Below are positions 38,893 through 46,749 of a stretch of 64,000 nucleotides of DNA, piece after piece; position 1 is the stretch's first letter; each line of letters opens with the position of its first letter. The DNA is from Acidimicrobiia bacterium (GTDB taxonomy: Bacteria > Actinomycetota > Acidimicrobiia > IMCC26256 > PALSA-610). Below the pieces are notes generated by a model, which was not told where the DNA came from, did not search any database, and saw nothing but the letters and a program-made list of their open reading frames with translations. The stretch lies in contig JBBSFB010000009.1 of the NCBI GenBank assembly GCA_038239145.1, positions 6,206 to 70,205 of the forward strand, in the 5' to 3' direction. Made by a program: the position numbers and the translations under genes.

Positions 38893-39202
38893 CCCCGAAC
38901 GCAGGTTTGCCCATCAGGGATCGGCCTCTCGCCGCGACAGGCGGTATCGGCGGCGGGCCACCACGACGCGTGAGCCGGAACCCGTGCACGATGTCCTTGC
39001 CATCGATGCTCGGCCACATGACCACGCGCAGTTCGGCAAGTTGGGTGCGCACATCGGCAAGCTCGTCTGACAGCGCCCGCTGCGCGTTGTCGAGTTCGGT
39101 CGCGCGATCGAACAGAACCTCGCACTCCACACTCAGAGCCGCGTAGACGTGAGGCTCGTGCGGTAGACGCCGATGTCGCGTCGGGTACTTGGCGGCAGTC
39201 AT
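38798..39202 (-). CDS. coiled-coil hypothetical protein (probable 5' part of a frameshifted gene)
   Basis: ATG at 39202 with GGGGGAG 7 nt upstream: MTAAKYPTRHRRLPHEPHVYAAL...LDNAQRALSDELADVRTQLAELR...GGPPPIPPVAARGRSLMGKP. After that point the frame becomes Gly/Pro/Arg junk, while the wHTH frame opens. GC3 is lower than in neighbouring genes. Confidence 0.5.
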   Translation of the reverse strand: MTAAKYPTRHRRLPHEPHVYAALSVECEVLFDRATELDNAQRALSDELADVRTQLAELRVVMWPSIDGKDIVHGFRLTRRGGPPPIPPVAARGRSLMGKPAFGGAGDPGPQRASDDARRDPPAAPPQRFRDRVA

Positions 39203-39236
39203 ACATGCTCCCCCGGGTGGGAACCAACGGGGGAAG

Positions 39237-39255
39237 CGTTCGTTAACTGCGAACG
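39237..39255. promoter_or_regulatory. inverted repeat upstream of the coiled-coil/wHTH gene
   Basis: CGTTCG-ttaactg-CGAACG lies 35-53 nt upstream of the 39202 start, around an AT-rich GTTAAC core. Candidate operator. Confidence 0.3.
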
Positions 39256-39317
39256 TGGCGACGCCCTGCGCCACGTACCCCGTGGGGGACGCCGGTGTCG
39301 GCACCCCAAGCGGGGCC

Positions 39318-41396
39318 TCAGTTCGGCGGGCGAACCTCGGTGGGCGGCATGTCGACGATCGAACCGTCGACCTCACGCTCGACCGGCTCGTCGGTCGGCG
39401 TATCGCCCTTGCCGTCGGGGTGGCGCAAGCCGTTCAATCCCCTGCCGTTGCCGTTGCCCAGCGTCCGCATCAGCGTCGCCGCGAGACCCTCGATGGCGCC
39501 GCCGCCGCCCGCGACCAAGACCTCGGGCACGACCGTGATGTGACCGTCGGCCACCGCGTTCGCGACCGCGACGAGCGCGGTCGCGCTCTGGCCGAGGGCT
39601 TCGGTCTGAGCCTGGAAACCGGCGGCGCGTGCGAGACCGAGGGCCTCGGTGGCTTTCGCTTCGGCCAGCCCGATCGCCTGGGTCTTGGAGGCTTCCGCTT
39701 CACCGGTGAGCCGGACGAACGCGGCTTCGCCTCGCGCCTGCGCCTCGCGCGCCTGGGCTTCGTTGTTCTTGATCTCGATACCGACTGCGGACTGCGCGAG
39801 CTGGGCCTGCATGTCGGCCGTGCCTTTCGCCTTCTCCCGCTCGACGCGCGCGACCTCTGCCCGCTCCTCCTCCGCGTACGTCGTCTTCTCCTGGTTCGCG
39901 ATCTCTCGTTTGGTCAGCACCTCGACGAGTTCGTCGGGGAAGTCGACGTCCTGGATGTACACCCCGCGCGTCTCGACGTCGTATGCAGCGAGGTACGTGC
40001 GGATCGCATCCAGCGCGCTCGCCTGCACCTGCGGTCGGGTCTCGATGAAACGCACGGCTTCCAGGTTCTGGATCGTGTTGCGGAAGTGGTTGCCGACCGC
40101 GGCCTGCAGCACCTCGTTCACGAGATTCTGCATCGTGCCGACCATCGAGATCACCTTCGGCGCGCGCGTGTCGGGGACGTGGATCTGCACCTGCAGGTCG
40201 ATCTTGAACACGAAACCCTCGCGGCTCTTCGCTTCGATGGGCGACAGGTGCGCGTCGAGGTTGTGCGCGGTCGAGACCGCCTCGGCCCAGTTCAACGTCA
40301 GGATCGACGTGGGCACGATCTCCGCCGCGTACACACGCGGGTTGATCGGGTACTTGCCGGTCCGGAGCGGCTCGCTCCAGATCCCGCGGTGACCAGGATG
40401 CACGATGGAGCCGAACTTGAACTCCTCGCCCGACGTGTCGAGCGTGGGCAGACCCACGTAGGCCTTGATGACCGCGACCTCGCCCTGGTTGACGATGAGC
40501 ATCGGCACCATCTCGACGCGCGTCAGGAACGGATTCAGCAGATAGGCGCCGTACAGCAACGGGTCGTGTTGCAACCCGATGTGACCGCCCGCCTCCAAGA
40601 ATCGTTGGAAGTCCTGGTAGTTGTTGTGCAGGTCGTTCTTCGATCCCATCAGTACTTCGATGACCTCGGAGTCCTGCAACGCCTGCGTTCCCTGCTCCAT
40701 GCGGGCGATGTCGTCGTAACCGCCGAGGCGGCTCGCGATGTCGCCCGACGGCAACGGCGGGCCCTCGAGCGTCGTGACGATCCCGATCATGTCCTGCGGG
40801 CCCCGCGGCGCGATGACCACCACTTGCAACTGTTCGGGCGCGAGCCCGAACGACTCGGGACCCAACATCCCGCCCGCGGCCTTGGCCCGGACCGACACGT
40901 CGGGCGACACGGGGAGTCCGTAGACCTTGCGCGACGTGACAACGAGGAACGCGACCGGGTGGATCGGGACCAACGTGCCCGGCGTGAGCACCGGGCGTTG
41001 CACACCCTTTTGGCCGCCGCCGGAGATGAACTTCTCGAGCGAGGAGAAGTTCTCGAACTCCGGCTTGTAGATCGCGCTCTTGGCGCCGATCGGCAGTGGC
41101 GTGCCGACCTGCGCGATCACGACGCCGATCTCACCGGCGGGCACTTGCACCCAGGGGAACTTCTTGACCCCGAAGACGGGCCACAACTTGAACCGGAGCC
41201 CCGGCGTCAGCAGCTCGGCTTGGAAGCCAGCCTCGCCGCGGAGCGCGATCGGGTTGTCCGAGGGCAGCTTCTTGAACGAGAAGCGCTTTTGGACAAGACC
41301 GACTTCGGTCGGGCCGATCGTGTGGAACGACCGCAGCGCGATGAGCACCACGATCACGACGATCAGCACAACCAAGACGACGACTGCGAGCGACAT
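39318..41396 (-). CDS. flotillin-like SPFH domain membrane protein (YqiK-type)
   Basis: ATG at 41396 preceded by GAGGAGG. N-terminal TM helix (LAVVVLVVLIVVIVVLIAL), a long SPFH region, then Ala/Glu-rich flotillin-type repeats (AEEERAEVARVEREKAKG...EAQAREAQARGEAA...EASKTQAIGLAEAKATEALG). Confidence 0.87.
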   Translation of the reverse strand: MSLAVVVLVVLIVVIVVLIALRSFHTIGPTEVGLVQKRFSFKKLPSDNPIALRGEAGFQAELLTPGLRFKLWPVFGVKKFPWVQVPAGEIGVVIAQVGTPLPIGAKSAIYKPEFENFSSLEKFISGGGQKGVQRPVLTPGTLVPIHPVAFLVVTSRKVYGLPVSPDVSVRAKAAGGMLGPESFGLAPEQLQVVVIAPRGPQDMIGIVTTLEGPPLPSGDIASRLGGYDDIARMEQGTQALQDSEVIEVLMGSKNDLHNNYQDFQRFLEAGGHIGLQHDPLLYGAYLLNPFLTRVEMVPMLIVNQGEVAVIKAYVGLPTLDTSGEEFKFGSIVHPGHRGIWSEPLRTGKYPINPRVYAAEIVPTSILTLNWAEAVSTAHNLDAHLSPIEAKSREGFVFKIDLQVQIHVPDTRAPKVISMVGTMQNLVNEVLQAAVGNHFRNTIQNLEAVRFIETRPQVQASALDAIRTYLAAYDVETRGVYIQDVDFPDELVEVLTKREIANQEKTTYAEEERAEVARVEREKAKGTADMQAQLAQSAVGIEIKNNEAQAREAQARGEAAFVRLTGEAEASKTQAIGLAEAKATEALGLARAAGFQAQTEALGQSATALVAVANAVADGHITVVPEVLVAGGGGAIEGLAATLMRTLGNGNGRGLNGLRHPDGKGDTPTDEPVEREVDGSIVDMPPTEVRPPN

Positions 41397-41510
41397 TGTG
41401 ATTGCCTCCTCGGACCACCCAGGGTCATGTCGGCCGGCCGGCCGTGCACGAGTAGGTGTCGGACCAGGGTCCGCCGTCATTATGCGCCCGCACGGTGCGT
41501 GGTCGGGCCC

Positions 41511-41684
41511 TCAGACGGATCGGGGCAAGCGCTCCCGCCAGTTTCGGAGCTTTTCGGCGAGTTGCGCCTCGCCGAACCCGTCCTGTGCGGCATACCCGTG
41601 CGCGAGGTACCACGCACCCGCGACATCGTTCGTGACCGCATCGTTCGCGACCAGATCGTTCCCGATCAGGCTCCGCTCCAACAC
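41511..41684 (-). CDS. candidate small ORF (57 aa) in the 270-nt spacer upstream of the flotillin gene
   Basis: Below the ORF-track size cut-off. My translation from the GTG at 41684 reads VLERSLIGNDLVANDAVTNDVAGAWYLAHGYAAQDGFGEAQLAEKLRNWRERLPRSV*. By my count GC3 is roughly 80 percent, which is coding-like. No RBS is evident and the start overlaps the upstream lipoprotein stop. Confidence 0.3.
   Translation of the reverse strand: MLERSLIGNDLVANDAVTNDVAGAWYLAHGYAAQDGFGEAQLAEKLRNWRERLPRSV
41625..41669. repeat. 3 x 15-nt imperfect tandem repeat
   Basis: ATCGTTCGTGACCGC / ATCGTTCGCGACCAG / ATCGTTCCCGATCAG (41625-41669). On the minus strand it encodes the NDLVA-NDAVT-NDVAG pentapeptide repeats of the candidate small ORF. 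It spans the stop codon of the 41666..42235 gene. Confidence 0.85.
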
Positions 41685-42235
41685 GACATGATGGTCGTGG
41701 CAACGTTGATGGCGACGTCACCGCGCGACGCCGACGGGACCCCAAAGTTCGCCGGGAGCTTCGTGACGTCGACGAGCAACACCTTGTAATCCTTGCGGAC
41801 GACGACGGACCCGTCCTTCACCTGGAAGGCGCCCTGACCGACTCCCTGCAAAACCCTCGACTTGTGCAGCTTCGTGGCGAGCGAATCGAAATACGCCGTC
41901 GTCTCGTCCGTGTTCGACACTTCTTTGACAGACAGCTTCATCGACGCGCCGGCCGGATAGGCGTAGTCGCACGAGTAGACGTGGTCGACCCATGTCGGCT
42001 TCAGTGCCGCGATCGTCTTGACGCCCGTCGCGCTGTTGTAGATTTCGTTGGAGGCTTCGTCCTCACAGATCATCTTGGCCGACACCGAGGGCACGTTCGA
42101 CGCCTGTTTGGCAACGTGGCCCGACGCGGCGGTCGTGGTCGTCGCGTCACTCGACGCGGACTTGGAGGAACCGCCGCACGACGCGAGCACCAACGCGAGC
42201 GAGGCGGGGATCAAGACGAGCAAGCGTGTACGCAC
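41666..42235 (-). CDS. secreted lipoprotein (function unknown)
   Basis: GTG at 42235: VRTRLLVLIPASLALVLASCGGSSK (lipobox), followed by a roughly 165-aa domain. Divergent from the YcnI-like gene. Confidence 0.62.
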   Translation of the reverse strand: MRTRLLVLIPASLALVLASCGGSSKSASSDATTTTAASGHVAKQASNVPSVSAKMICEDEASNEIYNSATGVKTIAALKPTWVDHVYSCDYAYPAGASMKLSVKEVSNTDETTAYFDSLATKLHKSRVLQGVGQGAFQVKDGSVVVRKDYKVLLVDVTKLPANFGVPSASRGDVAINVATTIMSCWSGA

Positions 42236-42306
42236 AACGCCGAGCGTACCGAGTCTCCGGGGCGGGTGGCAGTCGGGACGGGGAGCCGGACTCCCGCGGC
42301 GGTAGC

Positions 42307-42999
42307 GTGCGCGGCGTGCGCCGGTTCGTCGTCTTTGCGTTCGCGACCAGCCTCGCGACCGGCAGCACGCTCGTCTTCGGCATGGCGACCGCATCCGCCC
42401 ACATCTGTCCGATTCCCGCCCAGATCGAAGTAGCCCGGTCGGCCACGATCCAGGTCGGCGTGACCGTCGAGGGCGCGGTTGTCCCCGATGTCGAGATCGG
42501 CATCCCGACCGGGTTGCGGCTCGACCGGGTCGACCCGAAGGCCGGCTGGACCGTCACCCGGAGCGGCTCGACCGTCCGGTACCACGGCGGCCCGATCCTC
42601 GCCTTCACGTGCGAGTACTTCTCGCTCGGCGTGACCGCGCCGAGCCCGGGCTCGTGGGGGATCAGGGTTGTGCAACGGAATGCCGCGGGCGCCATCGTCG
42701 CCGACGCCGTGCCCGACCCCGGCAGCCCCCAGGACCGCGCCCTTGATCAGTTCGTCTACGCGGGTGTGAAACCGCCGTCGCCGCCGTCGACCTCGAGCGG
42801 ACAATCGGGGCCGATCATCGCCGGGATCGTGCTGGTCGGATTCGGCCTCGTGATGTTCGTGGCCCTCCAGATCCGGTCCCGGCGCCACGACACCGACGAC
42901 ACCGACGGCGAGCGCGACGTGGCCGATCGCGACGCCGAGTTGGAAGCCCGACTCGATCGCTTCAAGAAGCGGCGCCCGGGCTCTCCGCCGCCGGACTAG
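42307..42999 (+). CDS. YcnI-like (DUF1775-type) membrane-anchored putative copper-binding protein
   Basis: The signal peptide ends ...MATASA, so the predicted mature N-terminus starts at His (HICPIPAQIEV...). A beta-rich domain contains ...IPTGLRLDRVDPKAGWTV..., followed by a Pro/Ser linker and a C-terminal TM anchor (IIAGIVLVGFGLVMFVAL). This is the same architecture as B. subtilis YcnI as I recall it, and it lies next to copC/copD. Confidence 0.55.
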   Translation: MRGVRRFVVFAFATSLATGSTLVFGMATASAHICPIPAQIEVARSATIQVGVTVEGAVVPDVEIGIPTGLRLDRVDPKAGWTVTRSGSTVRYHGGPILAFTCEYFSLGVTAPSPGSWGIRVVQRNAAGAIVADAVPDPGSPQDRALDQFVYAGVKPPSPPSTSSGQSGPIIAGIVLVGFGLVMFVALQIRSRRHDTDDTDGERDVADRDAELEARLDRFKKRRPGSPPPD

Positions 43000-44497
43000 G
43001 CGTGCGCGTCTCCGGGAGGTATGGCCCGACGCGGGCGACGAACGCGTCGGAGCCGGTGATGTCGACGCCCGACCGGTCGACCGCATCGTCAAGGGTGACG
43101 GTGCCCGCGAGAAGTTGCAACAATACGGCGAACGAAGCACCGACCCGCGCCGCTTCGGGCGCAACCGCCCCGGCCGACGCGACGATCGCGCCCGGGCCCG
43201 CGGCCGCGGCCGCGGCCGTGCTCGAATCGCGGGTCGCGGCGAGCGACCACGCCGGGGGGCCCGGCTGATCCGTGACCACGAAGACCAGCGATCCCGCCGC
43301 GAACCAATCGGCGACGGGTGCGGCCCTGACCGCGAGCTCCGCCAACGCCGCTGCGAGCACCTCGTCCGCGTCGAGTTCGGGCACGATGCGGGCCAGCTCG
43401 TCGTCACTGAGTCCAGACACGAGGAGGGAGAGCCATTGCCCGGAGGTTTCGGTCCCGGCCGCGACCGAGCGGCTGCGCAACATCCGTATCAGTGCACCCA
43501 CGGCGAGACCACCACCGATCCCGAGCGCGATCACGACCTCGACGCGCGTCAACCACGCCGGGCCGACGTCGGGGATCTGCGACTTCCACAGCGCCGACAG
43601 ATCGGTGGCGCCACCGATCAGTGCGATCAACAACCCGACGAACACGACGCCGTACAGGGCTTCGGCCCGGCGCCGGAGCAATGTGATGATCGTCGGTACC
43701 GCAGCGATCCACACCGCGATCGAGACGAAGCTCCCGCCGAGGAACTGGACGAACTTGGCCGGATTGGTTCCCGGGCGCGGGATCTCGAAACCGATCGCGT
43801 GCGCCATATCGGAGACGACCACGACTCCGACGAGCACCGCCAGCACGCGCCACCATCTCGGCATCAACGCGGCCACGACGCCGAGCGCGAACAGCACTGC
43901 GATCACAGGGGCCCAGGGCAGGCCGCTCGGACCCGGCACCCAGTCGAGCGCCACCGCGATCGCGACGCGCTCGTCGCCCAGCTTGAACACCACGTTCTGC
44001 TGGGACAGGTGGTACGCGAGGCCGGGCGCCGCCGCGACGGGAGGCGGCAGCGATGCGCTCATCCAGTGGATGCGATGGTCGTGCCAGCGCGCGGAATGAC
44101 CCGACGAGATCTTCTTCCAGTCCGGCACGGCCGTCGGCGACGTATCAACCCCGACGGGCACCGTGCCACCGAGACGGGTCCGGTTGATGTACGTCGCCTG
44201 CGAGTGGAGGTTCTCGAACACGCCGTTCGGGCCGATCCGCAGATACGGCTCGCTCTCGTAGCCGAGCACGGTGATCTCGGTAGAGGTGCGGTTCGTGAGC
44301 TCGAACTGGTTGCCGAGATCGACGATGCGGGCACTGATGCCTGGCACCGCGGGCGAGAGACCGACGATATGGCTCCGGTAGTTCGTCGGCTTGGGGCCGC
44401 TGATCGTGTGGGCCGACGCCGGCGCCGCACCGAGACCCACCAGGGCGATCGAGACCGCGGCCAAAGTGGCGATCCGGAGCAGGACCCTGCGACGCAC
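42962..44497 (-). CDS. uncharacterised membrane protein: secreted N-terminal domain, about 6 TM helices, cytoplasmic SCP2-like tail
   Basis: 511 aa. The signal peptide ends ...APASA, then HTISGPKPTNYRS.... A His-containing ectodomain follows (ARWHDHRIHW), then a TM block, then a C-terminal segment ...AELAVRAAPVADWFAAGSLVFVV...FAVLLQLLAGTVTLDDAV reminiscent of SCP2 sterol-carrier folds. Divergent from copCD. Confidence 0.65.
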   Translation of the reverse strand: MRRRVLLRIATLAAVSIALVGLGAAPASAHTISGPKPTNYRSHIVGLSPAVPGISARIVDLGNQFELTNRTSTEITVLGYESEPYLRIGPNGVFENLHSQATYINRTRLGGTVPVGVDTSPTAVPDWKKISSGHSARWHDHRIHWMSASLPPPVAAAPGLAYHLSQQNVVFKLGDERVAIAVALDWVPGPSGLPWAPVIAVLFALGVVAALMPRWWRVLAVLVGVVVVSDMAHAIGFEIPRPGTNPAKFVQFLGGSFVSIAVWIAAVPTIITLLRRRAEALYGVVFVGLLIALIGGATDLSALWKSQIPDVGPAWLTRVEVVIALGIGGGLAVGALIRMLRSRSVAAGTETSGQWLSLLVSGLSDDELARIVPELDADEVLAAALAELAVRAAPVADWFAAGSLVFVVTDQPGPPAWSLAATRDSSTAAAAAAGPGAIVASAGAVAPEAARVGASFAVLLQLLAGTVTLDDAVDRSGVDITGSDAFVARVGPYLPETRTPSPAAESPGAAS

Positions 44498-44583
44498 GCT
44501 TCCACGCTACGGCGCGCGCCCCTCGGTTCGGGGACCGGCCTGCGCGACCCCGTCCCACTTCGGGCACGTAATGTGACGCGCAC

Positions 44584-46293
44584 ATGAGAGCAGGGCGCCT
44601 GGCCCGGCTCTGCGTCGTGCCGGCTCTCGCGGGGATCATGCTCATCGCGATGGCCGCCCCGGCGTGGGCCCACGCCATCTTGATCAGCACCGACCCGCCG
44701 AAGAATGGCGTGGCCGCGGTATCGCCGTCGCAGCTGTCGCTGATGTTCAACGAGAACGTCGAGGTGTCGTTCGGCGCCATCCGGGTCTACACGTGCGCGG
44801 GCAAGCGCATCACGACGGGATCGCCGCATCACTTCGCGTCGAGTGATCGCACGGTCGTCCTCTCGGTCCCGAAGCTCGACGACGGCGTGTACCTCGTGTC
44901 GTGGCGGGTCATCTCCGCCGACTCGCACCCCGTCAACGGCACGTACTCGTTCTCCATCGGGAACAGCTCCGGTGGGAACCTGAACTCCTGCGCGACCGAG
45001 ACGACGGCCAAGAGCAGCAAGACGGTCGGCGTGCTCTTCGGCGTGGCGCGCGCGGGCGTGTTCTCGGGTCTGGCGTTGCTCATCGGTGGCGCCGTGTTCC
45101 TGTTGCTCATCGCCGGTGGGAGCAGTGCCGAAGGCTCGACCCGGCGCACGATGTGGATCGGCTGGTTCGTCCTCACGCTGTTCACGATCGCGGCGTTGAT
45201 GTTGCAGGGTCCGTACGCAGCGGGCGCCGGCATCGGCGACGCAATCAAGTGGTCGGTGGTCCACGACGTCCTGCACACGCGCTTCGGTCACGTGACCGAG
45301 GTCCGCTTCCTTCTCCTCGCAGCCGCGCTCGCACTGCTCGCGCTCCTCAAACCGGTGATGCGGCACGGCCGGGCCCCCGTGTGGTGGTCGGTCATGGGTG
45401 GCGTCGTCGCCATCGGGCTCGCGGGCACGCCGGGATACGCCGGCCACGCCGCGACCGGCGACTTCACGAACTTCGCCGTACCGCTCGACGCGATCCACGT
45501 CCTCGCGATGAGCGTCTGGCTCGGCGGGCTCGTCGTACTGCTCGTCGCCGCCCTGGGCGGCGGCTTCAGCGGCGGGCTCCGGCGCGCGCTGTCGACCTTC
45601 TCCCGAGTTGCGTTCTGGTGCGTCGTGGTGTTGATCCTGAGCGGCCTCTTCGCGTCGTGGCGCCAGGTGGGATTCACGATCCGCGGCTACACCCACACGA
45701 GCTACGGCAACATCCTCCTGGTCAAGCTGGTCGTCATCGTGGCCCTGGTCGGGTTGGCGGGAATCAGTCGCTCGATCGTGCGCAAGCGCCGCTCGGCACC
45801 CCTCGACGCGCCCGAGAGCGCGGTCGCGGCGATCGACGAACGGACCATCGCCGGCCTCCGGCGCTCCGTCTTCGGTGAGGTCGCGTTGGGCCTTGCGGTG
45901 CTCGCCGTCACCGCCGTGCTCGTGAACGCGCAACCAGCGCGCAGCGCGCTCACGCCCAAGTTGTTCTCGGGTTCGGTGAGTGCCGGCTCCGGGCCGACGG
46001 CGATGACGATCCAGGCCACGGTCGATCCGGCCCACGTCGGGCTGAACGAGATCCACGTATACACGCTCACTCCGAAAGGCGCCGACCTCAGCGTCCGCGG
46101 CATGTCGGCCAAGCTCGTCGACGGCACCACTTCGGTACCGGCCGGGTTGCAGCGAGCCGGCGCGAACCACTTCCTGACGAACAGCGCCGCGATCCCCATC
46201 GCGGGCAAGTATCAGATGCTCATCGAGGTCGAGCAGGTCATCGACGGCCAGCTGCGCGACACCGCCGCGGTGATGACCGTCCCCGTCGGCTAG
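44584..46293 (+). CDS. copCD: copper resistance protein, CopC-CopD fusion with a C-terminal YtkA/FixH-like domain
   Basis: 569 aa. Signal peptide ...APAWA, then HAILISTDPPKNG...SWRVISADSHPVNGTYSFSIG (CopC), about 8 TM helices (CopD), and a C-terminal beta domain. Confidence 0.88.
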   Translation: MRAGRLARLCVVPALAGIMLIAMAAPAWAHAILISTDPPKNGVAAVSPSQLSLMFNENVEVSFGAIRVYTCAGKRITTGSPHHFASSDRTVVLSVPKLDDGVYLVSWRVISADSHPVNGTYSFSIGNSSGGNLNSCATETTAKSSKTVGVLFGVARAGVFSGLALLIGGAVFLLLIAGGSSAEGSTRRTMWIGWFVLTLFTIAALMLQGPYAAGAGIGDAIKWSVVHDVLHTRFGHVTEVRFLLLAAALALLALLKPVMRHGRAPVWWSVMGGVVAIGLAGTPGYAGHAATGDFTNFAVPLDAIHVLAMSVWLGGLVVLLVAALGGGFSGGLRRALSTFSRVAFWCVVVLILSGLFASWRQVGFTIRGYTHTSYGNILLVKLVVIVALVGLAGISRSIVRKRRSAPLDAPESAVAAIDERTIAGLRRSVFGEVALGLAVLAVTAVLVNAQPARSALTPKLFSGSVSAGSGPTAMTIQATVDPAHVGLNEIHVYTLTPKGADLSVRGMSAKLVDGTTSVPAGLQRAGANHFLTNSAAIPIAGKYQMLIEVEQVIDGQLRDTAAVMTVPVG

Positions 46294-46359
46294 CTACTTC
46301 TGCTCGCGCAGGGCGCTACTTCTGCTCGCGCAGGGCGCTACTTCTGCTCGCGCAGGGCT
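46294..46359. repeat. perfect 3 x 22-bp tandem repeat (CTACTTCTGCTCGCGCAGGGCG)
   Basis: Units at 46294-46315, 46316-46337 and 46338-46359 (the last base of unit 3 is T). Unit 3 is the genuine 3' end (ALREQK-stop) of the 46338..46733 gene. The array fills the whole spacer down to the copCD stop (46291-46293). Confidence 0.95.
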
Positions 46360-46733
46360 TGGATCAGCTGCTCGGTCTGCTCGCGCTGTTCGTACACGAG
46401 GCGGATGATCCAGTAGCGCAGGTAGCGCGTGATCGAGTTGCGCAGCCAGATCACGATGCCGATGACGCTGATACCGATGCCGATCAGCGCGAAGATCTCC
46501 GAGCGGAGCATCGTGGCCGTGCCGCTGCCGTCGCCGGGCGCGTCGAGCGCGTTCCACCACGAGATACCCGCGATCACGAAGCCGAGGATCGTCAGGCCGA
46601 TACCCCACTGCGAGCCGAGCCGCTCGGGATTCGCGCCGCCGCCCGTCACCTTCAGCTTGGCCACTTCGCTCTCGAACTGCGACAAACGCGACGACGACAT
46701 CGTGCCGCTCGTGTCGGTGTTCTCGTCGTTCAT
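46338..46733 (-). CDS. small membrane protein (2 TM), function unknown
   Basis: ATG at 46733 preceded by GAGGAG: MNDENTDTSGTMSSSRLSQFESEVAKLKV..., two hydrophobic helices (GIGLTILGFVIAGISWW, IFALIGIGISVIGIVIWL) and an amphipathic tail. Confidence 0.62.
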   Translation of the reverse strand: MNDENTDTSGTMSSSRLSQFESEVAKLKVTGGGANPERLGSQWGIGLTILGFVIAGISWWNALDAPGDGSGTATMLRSEIFALIGIGISVIGIVIWLRNSITRYLRYWIIRLVYEQREQTEQLIQALREQK

Positions 46734-46749
46734 GACTCGGAACTCCTCA

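Noticed and set aside
38641-41396. Flotillin plus downstream small genes as a membrane-associated defence or stress system.
   Set aside because: There are no nuclease, ATPase, protease, NfeD or other effector-type domains next to the SPFH protein. The only partner is a frameshifted coiled-coil/wHTH gene. The evidence is insufficient to propose a system, so the frameshift is reported as a finding on its own.
44498-44583. CsoR/CopY-type operator in the divergent cop promoter (for example CCCCtcggttcGGGG).
   Set aside because: Only short G/C runs with weak symmetry are present, as expected by chance at this GC content. No copper-regulator gene is present in the window to support the idea.
46294-46359. 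Possible CRISPR array or minisatellite at the 22-bp repeats.
   Set aside because: The three units are directly adjacent with no spacers. One unit is simply the 3' end of a gene. No cas genes or leader are present. It is therefore called a tandem duplication, not a CRISPR array.
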